64,000 bases of DNA. It comes from Phallusia mammillata. Taxonomy: Eukaryota. This document shows positions 12,243 through 25,038 of this stretch, piece by piece (positions within the stretch are counted from its first letter, which is position 1; each line of letters starts with the position of its first letter). The position numbers and the translations under genes are program-made. The stretch spans positions 4,526,001-4,590,000 of the forward strand of contig OZ281498.1 in NCBI GenBank assembly GCA_965637545.1, written 5' to 3'. The notes under the pieces are model-generated. The model had not been told where the DNA came from, made no database searches, and saw only the letters and a list, made by a program, of their open reading frames with translations.

Positions 12243-12265
12243 GGTAGAGCTACTAACACCATAAC
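12243..12265 (+). repeat. Solo terminal repeat of the 3255-3528 MULE family
   Basis: GGTAGAGCTACTAACACCATAAC is the exact reverse complement of 3506-3528; the partner end was not found. Confidence 0.65.
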
Positions 12266-12742
12266 TTACGTCAGCCCCACATTTAGTTAAGTTTCGATTC
12301 GTTGAACAAACAGCAAAATTATTAATTTAGCTATTGGAGGGTGGGGTTCATAAAACGGTTTAAACATTTTAGGTTTTTTAATTTTTAATGATAGTACGCC
12401 CAACCCAAATAACTATAATCAAGTGAATTACTTTTAATGGCGATAAACAGCTGAATGGGCGAATCAATAAAAATATATGAAACTAAAACTAAGAACACAG
12501 AAAATGCTTAGTAAAACGACGCTTAAAAATATGTGACTTGTCACTTGTTTGAATATAGGGTACTGAATGTGCCGCAGCTTCGATCGGTTGTAAATCCAAT
12601 TTTTAAGCACACAAAAGAATAATGTTCTGGGACACCAACGGTAGGCTAGGCTATAGTCTGGTCATTTCTGATTTTTGTCTCAAAAAGTCTGACAGCGATG
12701 TTTTTGTTTGAAATCCACCCAGAGTGTATTTTTTGTCTAACT

Positions 12743-13161
12743 TAGGGCTACCATATCTACAATGTCAACATTTCGGACGGTAACTATCTTTGGCGACACG
12801 AAAGTTTCGTTACACTGCTACCAACCCCGAAAGTGCCATTTTTCACGAAATATTATTAGGGCCTAGGCTACTATCACAGAGATAAAAAGCGCGGTTTTGT
12901 TTTCTAACTAAAGTTATAAAACAGAAAATTGTACAAGATCAGAATATTGTTAGATTTTTAAGACGCGTAGTCGCATGAAAAGGTGCATGATTCATCAAAA
13001 TCAGCACAGTCCCCCTTAACCAGAATTGTAAAAAGTACTGTAGTTTAAGCTGCTTGGCGTTAAAATTCCGGGCATTAAAAGTGTTTTAAAAAATTTCTGG
13101 ATACAGATTTTATGGCCTATTCCGGACATGTTCGGAAAATTCCGGCCGTCTGGGAACCCTA
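12743..13161. mobile_element. Old hAT-type non-autonomous element
   Basis: Termini TAGGGCTACCA / TGGGAACCCTA, repeated TTCCGG subterminal motifs, imperfect 8-bp flanks GTCTAACT / GTCTAAGC. Confidence 0.5.
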
Positions 13162-14097
13162 GTCTAAGCTAATGCCAAAGTTGCAATCGTTTTGTTTACT
13201 CGATCCTTACCAAGTACGACGGCCAAGTCAACCTTAGCCTACATGTGCAGTTTAGAATTTTTGTTGAAACTGCGACAGCACGCAGCTACTTCGGTGCGTG
13301 GATAATTATGGGTCCCCTTCCCTGAAAGAATTTCATAAATTTTATTGAGACTTTTTCTGTAAAACAAAATGCCTAATTTAAACTTCCAACACATTATATT
13401 AGCTGCTCCCCAACATGAGATAAACTTTTCTGAAAAAATACATAAACCGTGACGTCATCGATGACAAATATGGCTGGAAGGTGCAATTCATCGGGCATGG
13501 CCCAACAGGAAGTAAGATGTGGATGGGTTTGGGCGTGAACGAAATGATGTGTCAAGAAGATGAAGTTTAAGTTATTGTTTGCTACAATCGCTATCGATTT
13601 CATTTGGGGGCAAGTTGGTTAATTAATGCGTTTGGTGACTTGAGAATAAAACTACACAATTTAAATCGTTTTTGTTCATCTTCACATCTGTATTCGTTCT
13701 AAATTTGTTTTATCATAATGCAAGATGCTCTTTAAATTAGTTTCAGCAAGTGGACTGCTGTTATCCACTCTGGTTTACTTGTTGGTTGGTCTCAAAAGTT
13801 TGACAACTGCTGGATTTTACCAGTGGAAACAAACCTTGTTTGTTAAAGTTATGTTCAAAGAAAACTGAGAATAACCCCTTTTATTGGTGTTTGTTTTTAA
13901 AATAATCCTCCTTTGATAATTCGGCTTGCTTTTTTGAAATAACTTACGTATTGTTTAGTCAAAGGACTTTTGTTTTTTGACGTCTGCATTTTTTTTGTTC
14001 TGTTAGCTTTTTGTTATATTAATATTACTTTTTATTAATTTAGGAACAGTCTGTTTAATTTGCATTCCTGGGCCTATTTTAATCAAATATTACCACA

Positions 14098-14538
14098 ATG
14101 TCTTGGGATAAATACTGCAGTGACACATGTGAGTCATTGAAAATTGCTAAACTTGCTATATTCGGCATATGTGAAAAAACCCAAGCATGCACATTGTGGG
14201 GAAAATTTCCAGAAGATTTTGGTTTTGCTCCGGATTACTTACAGAAGGCCGTTAAAAGCATAGAAAATCATGATTATACTCAATTTCAATGCAATGGAGT
14301 ATATGAACCAAATGGAAATAAATACATATATGTTAGGGATGTTCCTGCAGCCTGTGGTGATGCAATAGTTGCCAAAAAGTCAAAGGATTGTGGTGAAACA
14401 AGGGATCACATAGTAATTTTGGACAGTCGAAACTTCGGTGCTGTTGCTGTCTTTCCGAGTCATGGTCAGCAAGCTGGTGATGATGTTGCAGTACTCAATC
14501 AGGTGGTTGAAAGTTGCAAAAAACATGCTGGCTTGTAA
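14098..14538 (+). CDS. Divergent profilin-like protein, single coding exon, 146 aa
   Basis: Starts MSWDKY (profilin MSWxxY), with AIFG, LWG, NGNKYIYVRD, IVAKK and a C-terminal helix ending KKHAGL. Size and motif order fit the profilin fold. CAC-A-ATG start context; candidate acceptor at 14042-14043. Confidence 0.7.
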   Translation: MSWDKYCSDTCESLKIAKLAIFGICEKTQACTLWGKFPEDFGFAPDYLQKAVKSIENHDYTQFQCNGVYEPNGNKYIYVRDVPAACGDAIVAKKSKDCGETRDHIVILDSRNFGAVAVFPSHGQQAGDDVAVLNQVVESCKKHAGL

Positions 14539-14774
14539 AAATGATTGGAGCAATGTTCAGAAGAAATATCCAAAAACAAGCAAAATTGATGTAAATTTCC
14601 ATTGTATTCACATGACAATTAAACAATGAATTAACAAACTGGATTTCTGTTTCTGTAACTTGATTTCCAAAAATAATAATTTTATCGTCTTCTAAATGTT
14701 TGGGTTATGTTTAAATGTATGTCTCTGTTAACAAAGTTCAGTTGTTAATATCATATAGCATGTATGTGTTAGTG

Positions 14775-14873
14775 TTGCTATGTACTTCTAACAACCAATT
14801 ATAATTATTATACCTGCTACATACTTTCCACAACCAGTTATTATACTTGCTATGTACATTCAACAACCAATTA
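14775..14873. repeat. About three degenerate ~33-bp tandem units
   Basis: TGCTATGTACTTCTAACAACCAATT / TGCTACATACTTTCCACAACCAGTT / TGCTATGTACATTCAACAACCAATT. Confidence 0.6.
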
Positions 14874-15967
14874 AGTATTTACAAATCGGAGTTGTGCCTT
14901 GAAATGCCATTAAGCACATTACAATTGTGGTCTATGATATCTGGAAATGTACATTACAAAAAAGATTCGCTGCATGTTCTGTGTGCCAATTGGTCTGAAT
15001 TGTGTTAGTATCACAAATAGTTACTTTTAAAGATAACTGTAAAAGGAATAAGTTTAGCCGACACTTAAAAACAAACTTTAGTATGACATGGAATGTGGAT
15101 GCAATAAATTACACTTTCACTTCCCAACAACTTCCTTTATTGATTGGTAACATACCTTTCAAGGCACTATATGCGTTGGAGGATTTGGGGCCACTTTGTT
15201 TGAATGCTAGGCGTGCCTCGTTGGCAAATATATGTTAATAAGTAACCGGCTATTACATTACAGCCGAAGGCATAGATTTGCTTGAGAAAAGACCGTTTTT
15301 AGCTGTTATTAGGCCAACTTACGAAATCGTATTCGGGCATGATAGCTTTACGGTCGTCAGCTACTCTAGGCTTAGGGTCATCTGTGCGTTTTGAAAGTTT
15401 TATTTTCTTTCACTGAAAGTCTATGCACAAACCAAATTGCATTTTTGTAACAATATTCATTACAACTGTATTTTTAAAAGAAAAACAAAACTAGATAAAC
15501 TGACAGTAATAACTTCTTAATGACAGTTGTTTTGCAAAAGTATTTTAAAATCCCAAGCAGGCGCGCAATTCCATTGAAAAATTATGGAGACTTTTTTGCG
15601 TCTATATTTACTCTATGTTCATCATGTAAATGTAAACAAAATGACGTTATAATACGCCAATAAATGTCATAAAACGGGTTGCTTTCCTCATAATCAGGTT
15701 AGTAAACCAGGTTGCGAATGAAAAGTTCTATCTTTTCAGTCGTTCAGTGCTTTTAATTTTTTTTAAAAGAACTCGAGAACAAAGCAAAAATAAAAAAAAC
15801 GGATGTCATAGCATTCACTATTGCATACAAGTGGCTATCTCGAGCCCACATAGTTTAACCAACTATTTAAACCGCCAACTTGAATGCTGAACTTGCCAAC
15901 AGCTTTAAGCACAGGACATTATTGTCAACTTATGTCTCTGTTACGAAAGAGATGCCAATTAATAAAA

Positions 15968-16135
15968 CATTATTCTTATTTAAGGAAAAATTTGTTGTTA
16001 AGAAACAATTGCACAAGTAATTAATTAACTTGTAAACTTATGTCTCTGTTACGAAAGAAAAACCAATTATTAAGTTAATTAATTACTTGTGCAATTGTTT
16101 CTTAACAACAAATTTTACCTTAACCAAGAATAATG
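15968..16135. repeat. Inverted repeat (hairpin) with ~64-bp arms, overlapping a ~37-bp direct repeat
   Basis: AAATTTGTTGTTAAGAAACAATTGCACAAGTAATTAATTAACTT is inverted at 16072-16115; AACTTATGTCTCTGTTACGAAAGA occurs at ~15928 and ~16036. Confidence 0.85.
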
Positions 16136-16526
16136 TATAGCAGTTTGTTCTTTGAAGCCGCGAATAAACTTGGATCAATTAATTGCGCCTTAGCGTTGAT
16201 TTTTTCGCGGGGCGAATTAAACCCTATTCAAGGCTTGTGCTCTTGCACTTCCCGCTTAAATTTCACCACTCAAATCGCACGACCCAAACGGAAGTGAGCA
16301 CAGACTTCAATGCTTTAGGTGGGCGGTCCCCACAAATTCGCTGGTATAACCCCCGGGAAATACGTTTGCCCATACATGGGTGTTAAAACAGTGGCGTACT
16401 TGTCAAAATAAAACTTTAGGAACGGGCAAAACCATATTAAAATTACTGTTTTTTTTTAAACTAAACTTAACATGGCCAACCTGCGAGCGTTAAAACCCTT
16501 ATTCAGAGAGCAAGCACTGTACGGAG

Positions 16527-16691
16527 CAGTGGTATCCAACATTTCGGTACCAACGGATATATTTTATGACAATATTCGAGCTACAATTGCCACCACGTAA
16601 AATTTACTACTCTTTGGCAACTTGCTTTGAAAAAATAGACGCCCCAAGCCCCCAAAACCATTTCACAGAGCCCAAGCGATTGAAACCACTG
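16527..16691. mobile_element. Short hAT-like MITE
   Basis: CAGTGGT...ACCACTG termini; no TSD recognised. Confidence 0.45.
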
Positions 16692-17523
16692 GTTTATAGA
16701 ATGTTGGACAACCAAACGACGGTCGCCTGGAAATAGGGTGCGTGTAAACTTGCGGGTGCGTACTTCTGACTTAAATTTTGGGCCCGCTTACAACTCTGCC
16801 CTGGCCATCAAAGCAGCAGACATTGTAATGTGTAGGATGGGCAAGGAAGGGAATAGTTGGACAAAAAAAACTAAGCGATGTTAAATTAGTGAGATTTTTG
16901 ATAAAACATATGGGTTTTTCTTTCTTTTAAAATAAACGTGTCATAATATTGGGGGGTCATTAATTTTGGAGGACATCTCACGTAGGCCTATACGCTCTCC
17001 TGGAATTTCCCGTGCTTCGCAATGTAGACGCTGAAGTGTCTTCTTCCCGACCGTGGTCAGAGAATTAGCAAAATATAGTTTCGGTACAGATTATGTATGG
17101 ACGCAAAAAGTTTTATGTTGTGTTTCATGCAACAATGTAAATGTATTGTAGCAGTATGAGGTAAACGTTTGTTTTGTTGAAACCTAATCTATCAAGAAAT
17201 TGTAAAATGAAAATGACACAAGTCTACTATTTGCATGGTAGCCTACAAGTGTTCGTTGGCGATTTATGACAAACTTACTAATCTACGTTTAAACTCAATG
17301 TCTAAAGCGAGAAATAATTACCTCCGGGCAGGTTATGTTGCACACAACCTGTGGCGTTTACTTTCATTCTGACACTGTTTACACATGTCGTCGATACGGT
17401 ACAAGTGGAAATGAGCCCATGCTTACAAATCATCCTTATTTGGGCATGACATATGGTCGAGAAATTGTTCAGGGTGAAGGTCAATAATAAAAAATTAGTA
17501 TGTGCATCTGGTTCACTTTAAAC

Positions 17524-18656
17524 CAGTGGATCTTAACCAGTTTTTTCTCACATCACCCTTATAGATGTTTGTCCTACACTTCACGCCCTATCCGTCTTGT
17601 ATAAAACACGCAATTTTATTTATTTAGTGGGAAATCCACCTAAGATTTCAAATATTAGCAGCAATCCGACTACCAGAAATTCTACCCTGCCCATAGGCGC
17701 CGAGTTGGTTTTATTACGGTGGCTGCCACCATGGATATTTTGGTTTGATTATAGCGATTTTGTACTAAAAGCCGTCTGACGAAAATTCCCAATTTTGCAT
17801 TTGCTAAATTTTTACCGTGCCCAAAAACTGCAACCTACTTTGGGGTCTTGTTCCTGTAGCCAAATCAAAAACATACATTTGTTGACCAGTGAATAATTAA
17901 TTAGTCATTATTGTGTACTATGATGGTTTCTACGCTGATCAAGTCGCTTCTTCGATGCAATGTGTTTTAACGTTGATAAATTAATGATAAATGTTACAAA
18001 AAGATGATCCAAAAAAAGTATTACTAAAAAACACGCACATCAACATGACAAAAAAAGTTGTCTTGCACACCAGTATCATGAAGTCCTAAAACACCAGGAA
18101 ATGTTTTCATTTTAATTAGGGAATGTTTCGCGGTACACTTGGAAAACTTTTCGCGGTACACAATTTGAAGTTACTGCATTAGAACAAGGTTTAAACAGTT
18201 TTTTTTACAACTTGAGAAACTTCAAAGACCTTATACCCTATCATATTTGAACATAGCGATTCGTTTCTGCTGATGACGAAGGATGCATTCACCTTTCATT
18301 ACAGAGTGTAGACCTCCGTTTGAAAAAAGAGTTTATGGTTATGTGCAAATAAGTGGTTTGGTAAGACAGCAATTTTCAGGACACCTCAGTTTCACGAGAA
18401 TAAAAAGTTGCGATTCCATCTAAACTGGTATAAAGTAGTCAATTTCGTTCGTTACAACACAATCAATGCAAAATTAACTTTGACTCGGTATAGTGATTAG
18501 TTTTTGCGCACGTACCACTTTGACCCACTTCGGCTACGTTCCTAAGTCAAAAAAGCCGACAAGATGCGTTTAGAATCAATGGATTTACATAACTTAACGA
18601 GAATCAAGATATGTTGCTTAGAAAACATATGGCGCGTCCCTGGTTAAGAACCACTG
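17524..18656. mobile_element. hAT-family non-autonomous element (1.13 kb)
   Basis: TIRs CAGTGGATCTTAACCAG / CTGGTTAAGAACCACTG (16/17 match) and a perfect 8-bp TSD CTTTAAAC (17516-17523, 18657-18664). Confidence 0.85.
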
Positions 18657-19522
18657 CTTTAAACTGAATGGAAAGGTTGGCTGCGTTTTCATTTTAGTCA
18701 AATGTTACAAAGAAAGTTGCTTTTAAATTAATTGTGTGGTTGGGACCCTTTATTAACATCAGTCCATGGGCTTATTTATCGATATAATTGATGGCAAAAA
18801 AGGTGTAACTACGTGCAATTAAGTTGGACTGTGTTAAGCTGTCGCGTTTCTGGTTTTAAAATATTTCGGGGCCGTGGTGTATAACAAATCCAAACAAATT
18901 TAACTGGCTACAAAGTTAAGAAGTGGCGCCTTGTACTCGGAAAAAAATAAAAGTTTATTAAAATGTTAAAAAGGACGGTAAACTACGTAAGGTTCGTCAC
19001 ATTCTCGCATGAACTTCTTTTTTTAAAGTTAACATAATCAGTGATAAACAGTGTATGGTTATAATATTTAAAAGTTTAAGCTCAAAACAACAAATAAGCT
19101 TAAAACAACATAAACCTAACAAACAAATATGTTTGCATATAGCCAGAATATAACGAACAAAAAATCTGACAGTAAAAACTTAAAATAGTGTCATATACCG
19201 AGTCTGGACTATTCTCCGTGTCCGAAATATTCCAGTCAACCCTATTTTTCTCAGGAAAAGAATCCATTTTGCGAAAATATATTGAAACAACAGCTTTTGT
19301 AGGTAGCCTAGTGTCAAAATTGTGGTTGTGGAAAGTCACAAAAACTAATGGATACCGAAATGGTGTAAAACAAAAAAGTGTTGTGATTAGCTAGAACATC
19401 AGAATTCATTTTGTCAAATGGGACTTCGATCATTATTTTTTGGCCGGTAGGGTTCGCTAGAGTGTAATCCGAAACCTCGCATTTGGCCGAATGGTTGAAG
19501 GCACCTTGCCCATAGCCTACAA

Positions 19523-19830
19523 CAGAGGTGTCAAACCTTTTTTAATCGGGGCCAATTTTTATCATGTGCAGACGCGGGCCAACGTATTTTTGCAAAGTTT
19601 TTAACTGTACAATTATAACACAAAACATAAGGCATTTAAGGACGTTTTGGGATTTGTTTTGCGTCAGTACCATGTAAACATTTTTAAAAGACCCATGGAA
19701 AAGCTTTTGCGTGAAGTCGCAAGCCGCCACAACCCAAAACCTTAATTCCAATTATGGCGGGCCACACGCAACAAAATTTGCAACAACAGCCACTTGAAAT
19801 GCCGTCGCGGGTCGCACTTTGGACACCCTG
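19523..19830. mobile_element. hAT-type MITE, same family as 11045-11418, without insertion
   Basis: Termini CAGAGGTGTCAAA / TTTGGACACCCTG; homologous to the 11-kb copy in opposite orientation. Confidence 0.75.
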
Positions 19831-21436
19831 ATTGGGATTCGTCATCTTTTCGTTCGAACTCGGTGAAAAAAATGGTCGATTTGACATGAAGATTTTCATC
19901 TTGATATACCGTTGGGGGAAGCTTATCTTAATAACCGCTTATATTTTACTTTCAAAAATAAAAAAGTTTTTAAATGTAATGACAGTGAGTGCAAACAATA
20001 ATTGGACTTCTTTGGGAAAGTATTAAACTGCTGTTGTGCACTAGTAAGTATAGTGTATTTAGTTTTATACGCTTTGGACAAATCAACTCTTCAAAATTAA
20101 TCTTTACATCAAAAGTCTCACAGTTTTCAGATGTTTATACACTTATTCTATTTTAAACTTGAAACTCTAAATTTGTAATGACGTGGTGCAGAAATTCTGT
20201 TTAAATTGACAGAACAACATTTACAAGTTTCGAGAGAATTTTCAGAATATGATTTCTAGACTTCTTGGTGTCAATTGATGATTTTTTTCAGCTACATTCA
20301 TATTAGACCTCTAGCGCCGCCTTGTTGTCTCCGCTTAACTTATACAAATGGACATTGGAATTCTAAAAAATCCGACAAGAATGTTATTTTAAATTACGCG
20401 AATATTATTCCAATAAACGGCCTGGCATGTGGTAGACGTTTGCCATAAGGAAGTGGGACCATGCACGTAGCACCTCAATACCAGTGTTCGATCTTCCAGC
20501 TGAAGACGTGAATCATGGTTAGTTTGAACCATCTTAGGACTGGATAGTGTAAGGGATACAGTGCATTTAAAATATACTTCCATGCAGCATCCGTACGTAA
20601 AGATGGATAATGCTTTTGCAAAGGAGAATGCTTTTAGGGCATAAAATCAAATCAGAATGTGATAAAAATAAAACACTTGCTAAATCAGTCGATCATGAAA
20701 CCAGTTTAGAAGGTGTTTGGACAACTCACACTGTAGCACGACAATGTTTGCCGTACATTGTGTGTGTAAGGTGTTCTTTGTTGACGATACCCTAATGCGT
20801 TCCACCTTTAACCTCGTGGTGACAACTGCTAAGTGACACATGACCTGTTCAATTTCCGATAATATAGCACGCTAATATGTTTAACAAGGTTGTGGCATAA
20901 AGTAGCAACTATTGAAAAACGGGCACGATATGATCGTCGAAGGTCTTTGATTAGCGGCAGGGCAGAACATCGAGTATGAGCGCTTTTGGGTTCTGTAGAG
21001 ATTGATGCGACTCGTTGTCGATAGCGCGTCGCAACGTCTTGTAGGCTACAATTTCATCGAGAAATGTTTAGGCCACTGGTAATCCTAATTCAGAAAGGAA
21101 TTGAATTTGGGGTAATTTATGCGTGAAGTTTTGTTTCCTGTTCAAAAGTCTTTCATTTAAATCCAAACGTAAAGTCAATACAAAGAAACAATGAGCGCTT
21201 GATAACCAATACCAAGATTTTTTTAATCAATTAAAAAAAAAATAAACTGAAGCAAAACTATAAATGTTTTGTATTTGTGCAACGAGACTTTATTTGCGCA
21301 CACGGTTGCAAAAACACATATTTCCCGACATTAACGTTCTATTTCGAGTAGCACTTAAATGGAAGATTAAAGAGCAATACTTTCATCAAAAATAAGAAAA
21401 ATATATGAACTGCAAGTGGGTTTGGGTATGGTTTAC

Positions 21437-21918
21437 CAGACTTGGACAACTAGATTTTTTTCGTTTTTTCGAATTAGTTTAGAATTAAAATTAGAGCATC
21501 TCAGTTTTAACAAATTAGATTGGAACTAGAATTACCATGTTCTCAAAGACTAGAAATTAAACTAGAATTAGATAAAGACATCCAACCAACTTGATTTCAA
21601 ATTTGAAATCCGAGATTTGCACGTTTTACACTGAGGTAGTGCTTAACGGCGGTTCCTGCTGGGCCAAATGTGTTTGAAAAACATTTATCAGTGGTGCGGT
21701 TTGACCTTTGTGGCATTGTTTTGTGCGCTTTGGACACGAAACGCATACTGGTATCACATTTCTAAAAATACTGTTGGACAAACTAGCGTTTTTGACAAAA
21801 CTGTAAATTAGATTAGAATTAAAGCAAACTCGATATTTTTAAACTAGATTAGAATTACCGCCATTTTGGTCTAATTTGCCGAATTAGTCAACTAGAATTA
21901 TCTAGTTGTCCAAGTCTG
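21437..21918. mobile_element. hAT-type MITE (482 bp)
   Basis: Perfect 18-bp TIR CAGACTTGGACAACTAGA / TCTAGTTGTCCAAGTCTG, perfect 8-bp TSD TGGTTTAC, many TAGAATTA subterminal repeats. Confidence 0.9.
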
Positions 21919-24900
21919 TGGTTTACCCCGCGGATGAGTAAAGGAGTAAGCCTTCTTTCCGACTGTGGTCAGGAAATTAGGGAAAAGTCAACTTCGGTGC
22001 AGATTAAAGGATTATGCGGTATTACCTGCGCACGATTTGTGCCACCCACTCCATACAAAAAGCTGCCAGGTGATCGTTTTCCGTTTTAACGTCGGGTCCA
22101 TATTTACAATGGCCCGCATATAGGTTTCCGGCCCGTCGGTCCATACGCTTTTTTTAGTCCTCAAACATTGGTCGAATCGGATTTATTGTCGCAGGACATA
22201 GTTCAAACTTGGTTAGTGGTGGACTATAAATTTTACAATGCGTTAAGTCAAACAGCTGCAATGCAAAGCATATACGACAGTCCAGTAAGGAAAAATGCCA
22301 CCAAAACCATTGGAAATTTGTGTTAGTTTTACCCGCACACGATCTCTCAGAATCATCTATGAAACATTTAAAACTTGCCGCCATTTTTACCCTAAATTGG
22401 AGTTTATTATTGTAACAAATCCAATTAAGTGAAGTCATCTCATTGCGTCAGGAGCTTGTTTGCCGGCAATGGATGTTGCAAGAACAGGATGAGGGCCACA
22501 CGCGGCGCTCTATGACACATCACTATTACGTAGAGCGACGTGCGCGATCACAACGACGTCAGGTGGTCGACATGCACTTTCAAACGAGAAGCGATCAAAG
22601 AGTCAATATTTGATCGGAATAAGCGAGAGACCCGCTCCGGTATGAGAGGAAACATTGAAGAGCGAGACTGGGAAGGGGCTAATGGAGAAACGTGAGTGAG
22701 TGAGCGATTCCACGTGGGGTTTCAAATGCGATAATCTTACAAATGCCGATGTTTTACGTCTCAGCAACAATAGGCGCGAGGCGCACAAAGCACTGGAGCC
22801 AATACGCGGGAATTGAATTGAAACGCCGTGTACACTTTGATATACCGGGCTCCAGTACGCTGGTTCCTGTTCAGGGGGCTCGTGCGCAGAAATTGACAGA
22901 GTCGCTTTTTCTAGCGCTACGGTAAAGTTGGCAGCAATAGGAAGTGGAGAATAGGAGTTTTAACGGCGTGAGACAGGAACCAATTTTATGCAATGCGCTG
23001 CAATTCACATTCAATCGATGACCTGATTCTGAACATGGCTTTTAAGTGCACCTGTTGTTTGGCTTTTGATTGAAGGGAAACCAGAGTTGAACTTATTATG
23101 TGGACTGGTCACTTTTTAAAAACTATTTAAAGCATAAAATGGCAGTGTATACAAGAATTTACAACGCAATAGAATTAAATACCGCAACCGCCAGTTGTAT
23201 ACACAATCATGTTATCTAACACGAAAAGCGACAAGAATTGCAGGTGTTTTAAGTTTGTGTAGTACACGAGTTAAAGGTCACTTTTAACGTTATGACGTCT
23301 CCTTTCATGCGCTGACGTAGTTCAACCGACATATCGCCTTTAAATTGCCCACCGCAAGGTGCGTGCATCGAATTGCAAACGGCGACACATAAACTCCGAA
23401 TTTTTGTTTTCATTTGGCTTTGATCAAGGCCCCAAAGTTGGTGCATTCGATACGGTCTAATCGTCAAACAGTCTATCTGTATTTGAGCTTTAATGCAGCA
23501 GCCAAGTAAAGACCCATGCGAGGGATATAACCACGCGCTGTGAGACTTGCCAATCCGAAAATTAAGTTGCAATGTGCATGCTTTTGTTTTAACTTAGATG
23601 CAGAGCGCAATTTTTAAAAAAATAGCTTTAAAAATATTTGTTGATTTGTAGGAGTACCGAATTGAAAAAGATTTGAAATTGTCGCAAGCCTACGCATAAG
23701 ATGTCGATCGTCCATCAAGCTTATCAAACGCGCGAAGTGTTATTTGTCGTTTATTAGGTCGCAGACATAAACGAGAGTTCTGCGCTAAAGTGTAGCATAA
23801 AGTCGCTTTGTGTTATCACCACGCAAATGCATCAGAAATACTTAGCCTGTCAGCAAGTTGATCCAACACACACGGCCGCATTTGTCGCGTGGTTGACATC
23901 AACTGAAGATACTGTACAAGGAGCAGAAAGACTAAACACCCAATACCCAACAGCGTTCATACTAACGCTAGGGAATATATCCCTGGTCTGATGAATGATC
24001 GAAATGCATGGCGGATTTGAGATGTGGAGTCCCTGCCAAGACTTTGCACGAAGTAATAGGATTATAGTGTTGCCTCATCGTTAGCGCGCGATAGCGTTAA
24101 TTCGATTGTCGCACCCTGGAGAGAAGGTAGATGAGGTCCTGTATGCTGAGATCTGATGACGACTTGGTTTCTCCAACCGTGCCCTTGCACCTCGTAGGTT
24201 CAGTATCTTGCTTTGTGGAAGACAGTTATGATCTCGGACATGTATAGGTGCGGTTCTTTCTCTTTTAAATACGCTTGTGAGCCGCATGGTTAATGAATAA
24301 GCTACGACGTTCCACTATTAATCGCTGTGTACACAATTGTCGGCAAACAGTGCTTTGTCTTTAGGTTAGCACTACGCCACAGGGGAGATTTAGACAGTAT
24401 AACAGAATTCGTTGACTGTTTGCGTTGAATTGGTTTGACATTTCGACGACTGTCTGGCAACTCACCAAGCCCCTAGAAACCGCCAGATAAAGCGTTGTTA
24501 GTTTGAGGGGGTTGCGTCTGAAGCAAGCAAAATGAGCACACAGAAATTGACAAAGCATACATCGTATCTATGCAAAGAGAATCGGAACGACGGAATGTCA
24601 GGCCGATTAATCAGCCAGTTAGTTTCGCCAGACCGGGTCTTAGAGCACACGGAGTATTGTAGCTTATTTTAGTAGACAGCTTTATTTTTATGATACAAAA
24701 ACATATACTTTGCTTTTAGGAATGTCCTGAATGTTTTAATCTTAGCTATATTGCATTGGCCAGAATTTTATGGGCAATTGCATGAGTTAAGCAACAGAGA
24801 TCGACGCCTCCTCGGGAAAGTGATGATGTACGCGCGCCGTGAGCTGGCGACTCCCGCATCTGCGAACATTGCGGGGCCGTGCAATTCTTGCAAGAGGTGC

Positions 24901-25038
24901 CGTTGCGTCACAGACAAGTGTTTCCAGCATTCCGGGTCTCTCCGACACATTGCACTTTCAAAGACTGCCGTTCATTTGTCATCGATAAGGACTCGCCGGC
25001 TTGCATTAGGCAAAAGACTTGTCCTACCCGAGACGGGA

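Noticed and set aside
17302-17484. Coding-like minus-strand stretch beside a hAT element
   Set aside because: Stops in the more protein-like frame, no recognisable homology, no donor locus in the window.
18240-18345. Possible hAT transposase C-terminal remnant
   Set aside because: Similarity is too loose to support without a profile search.
20305-20330. CTCF-like motif (also ~3200)
   Set aside because: Only a partial match; such GC-rich words also occur in transposon ends.
22440-22710. CpG-rich segment ending in GTGAGT, a possible upstream exon
   Set aside because: No signal-bearing ORF and the donor is phase 2 in the open frame; could be a non-coding exon but is unsupported.
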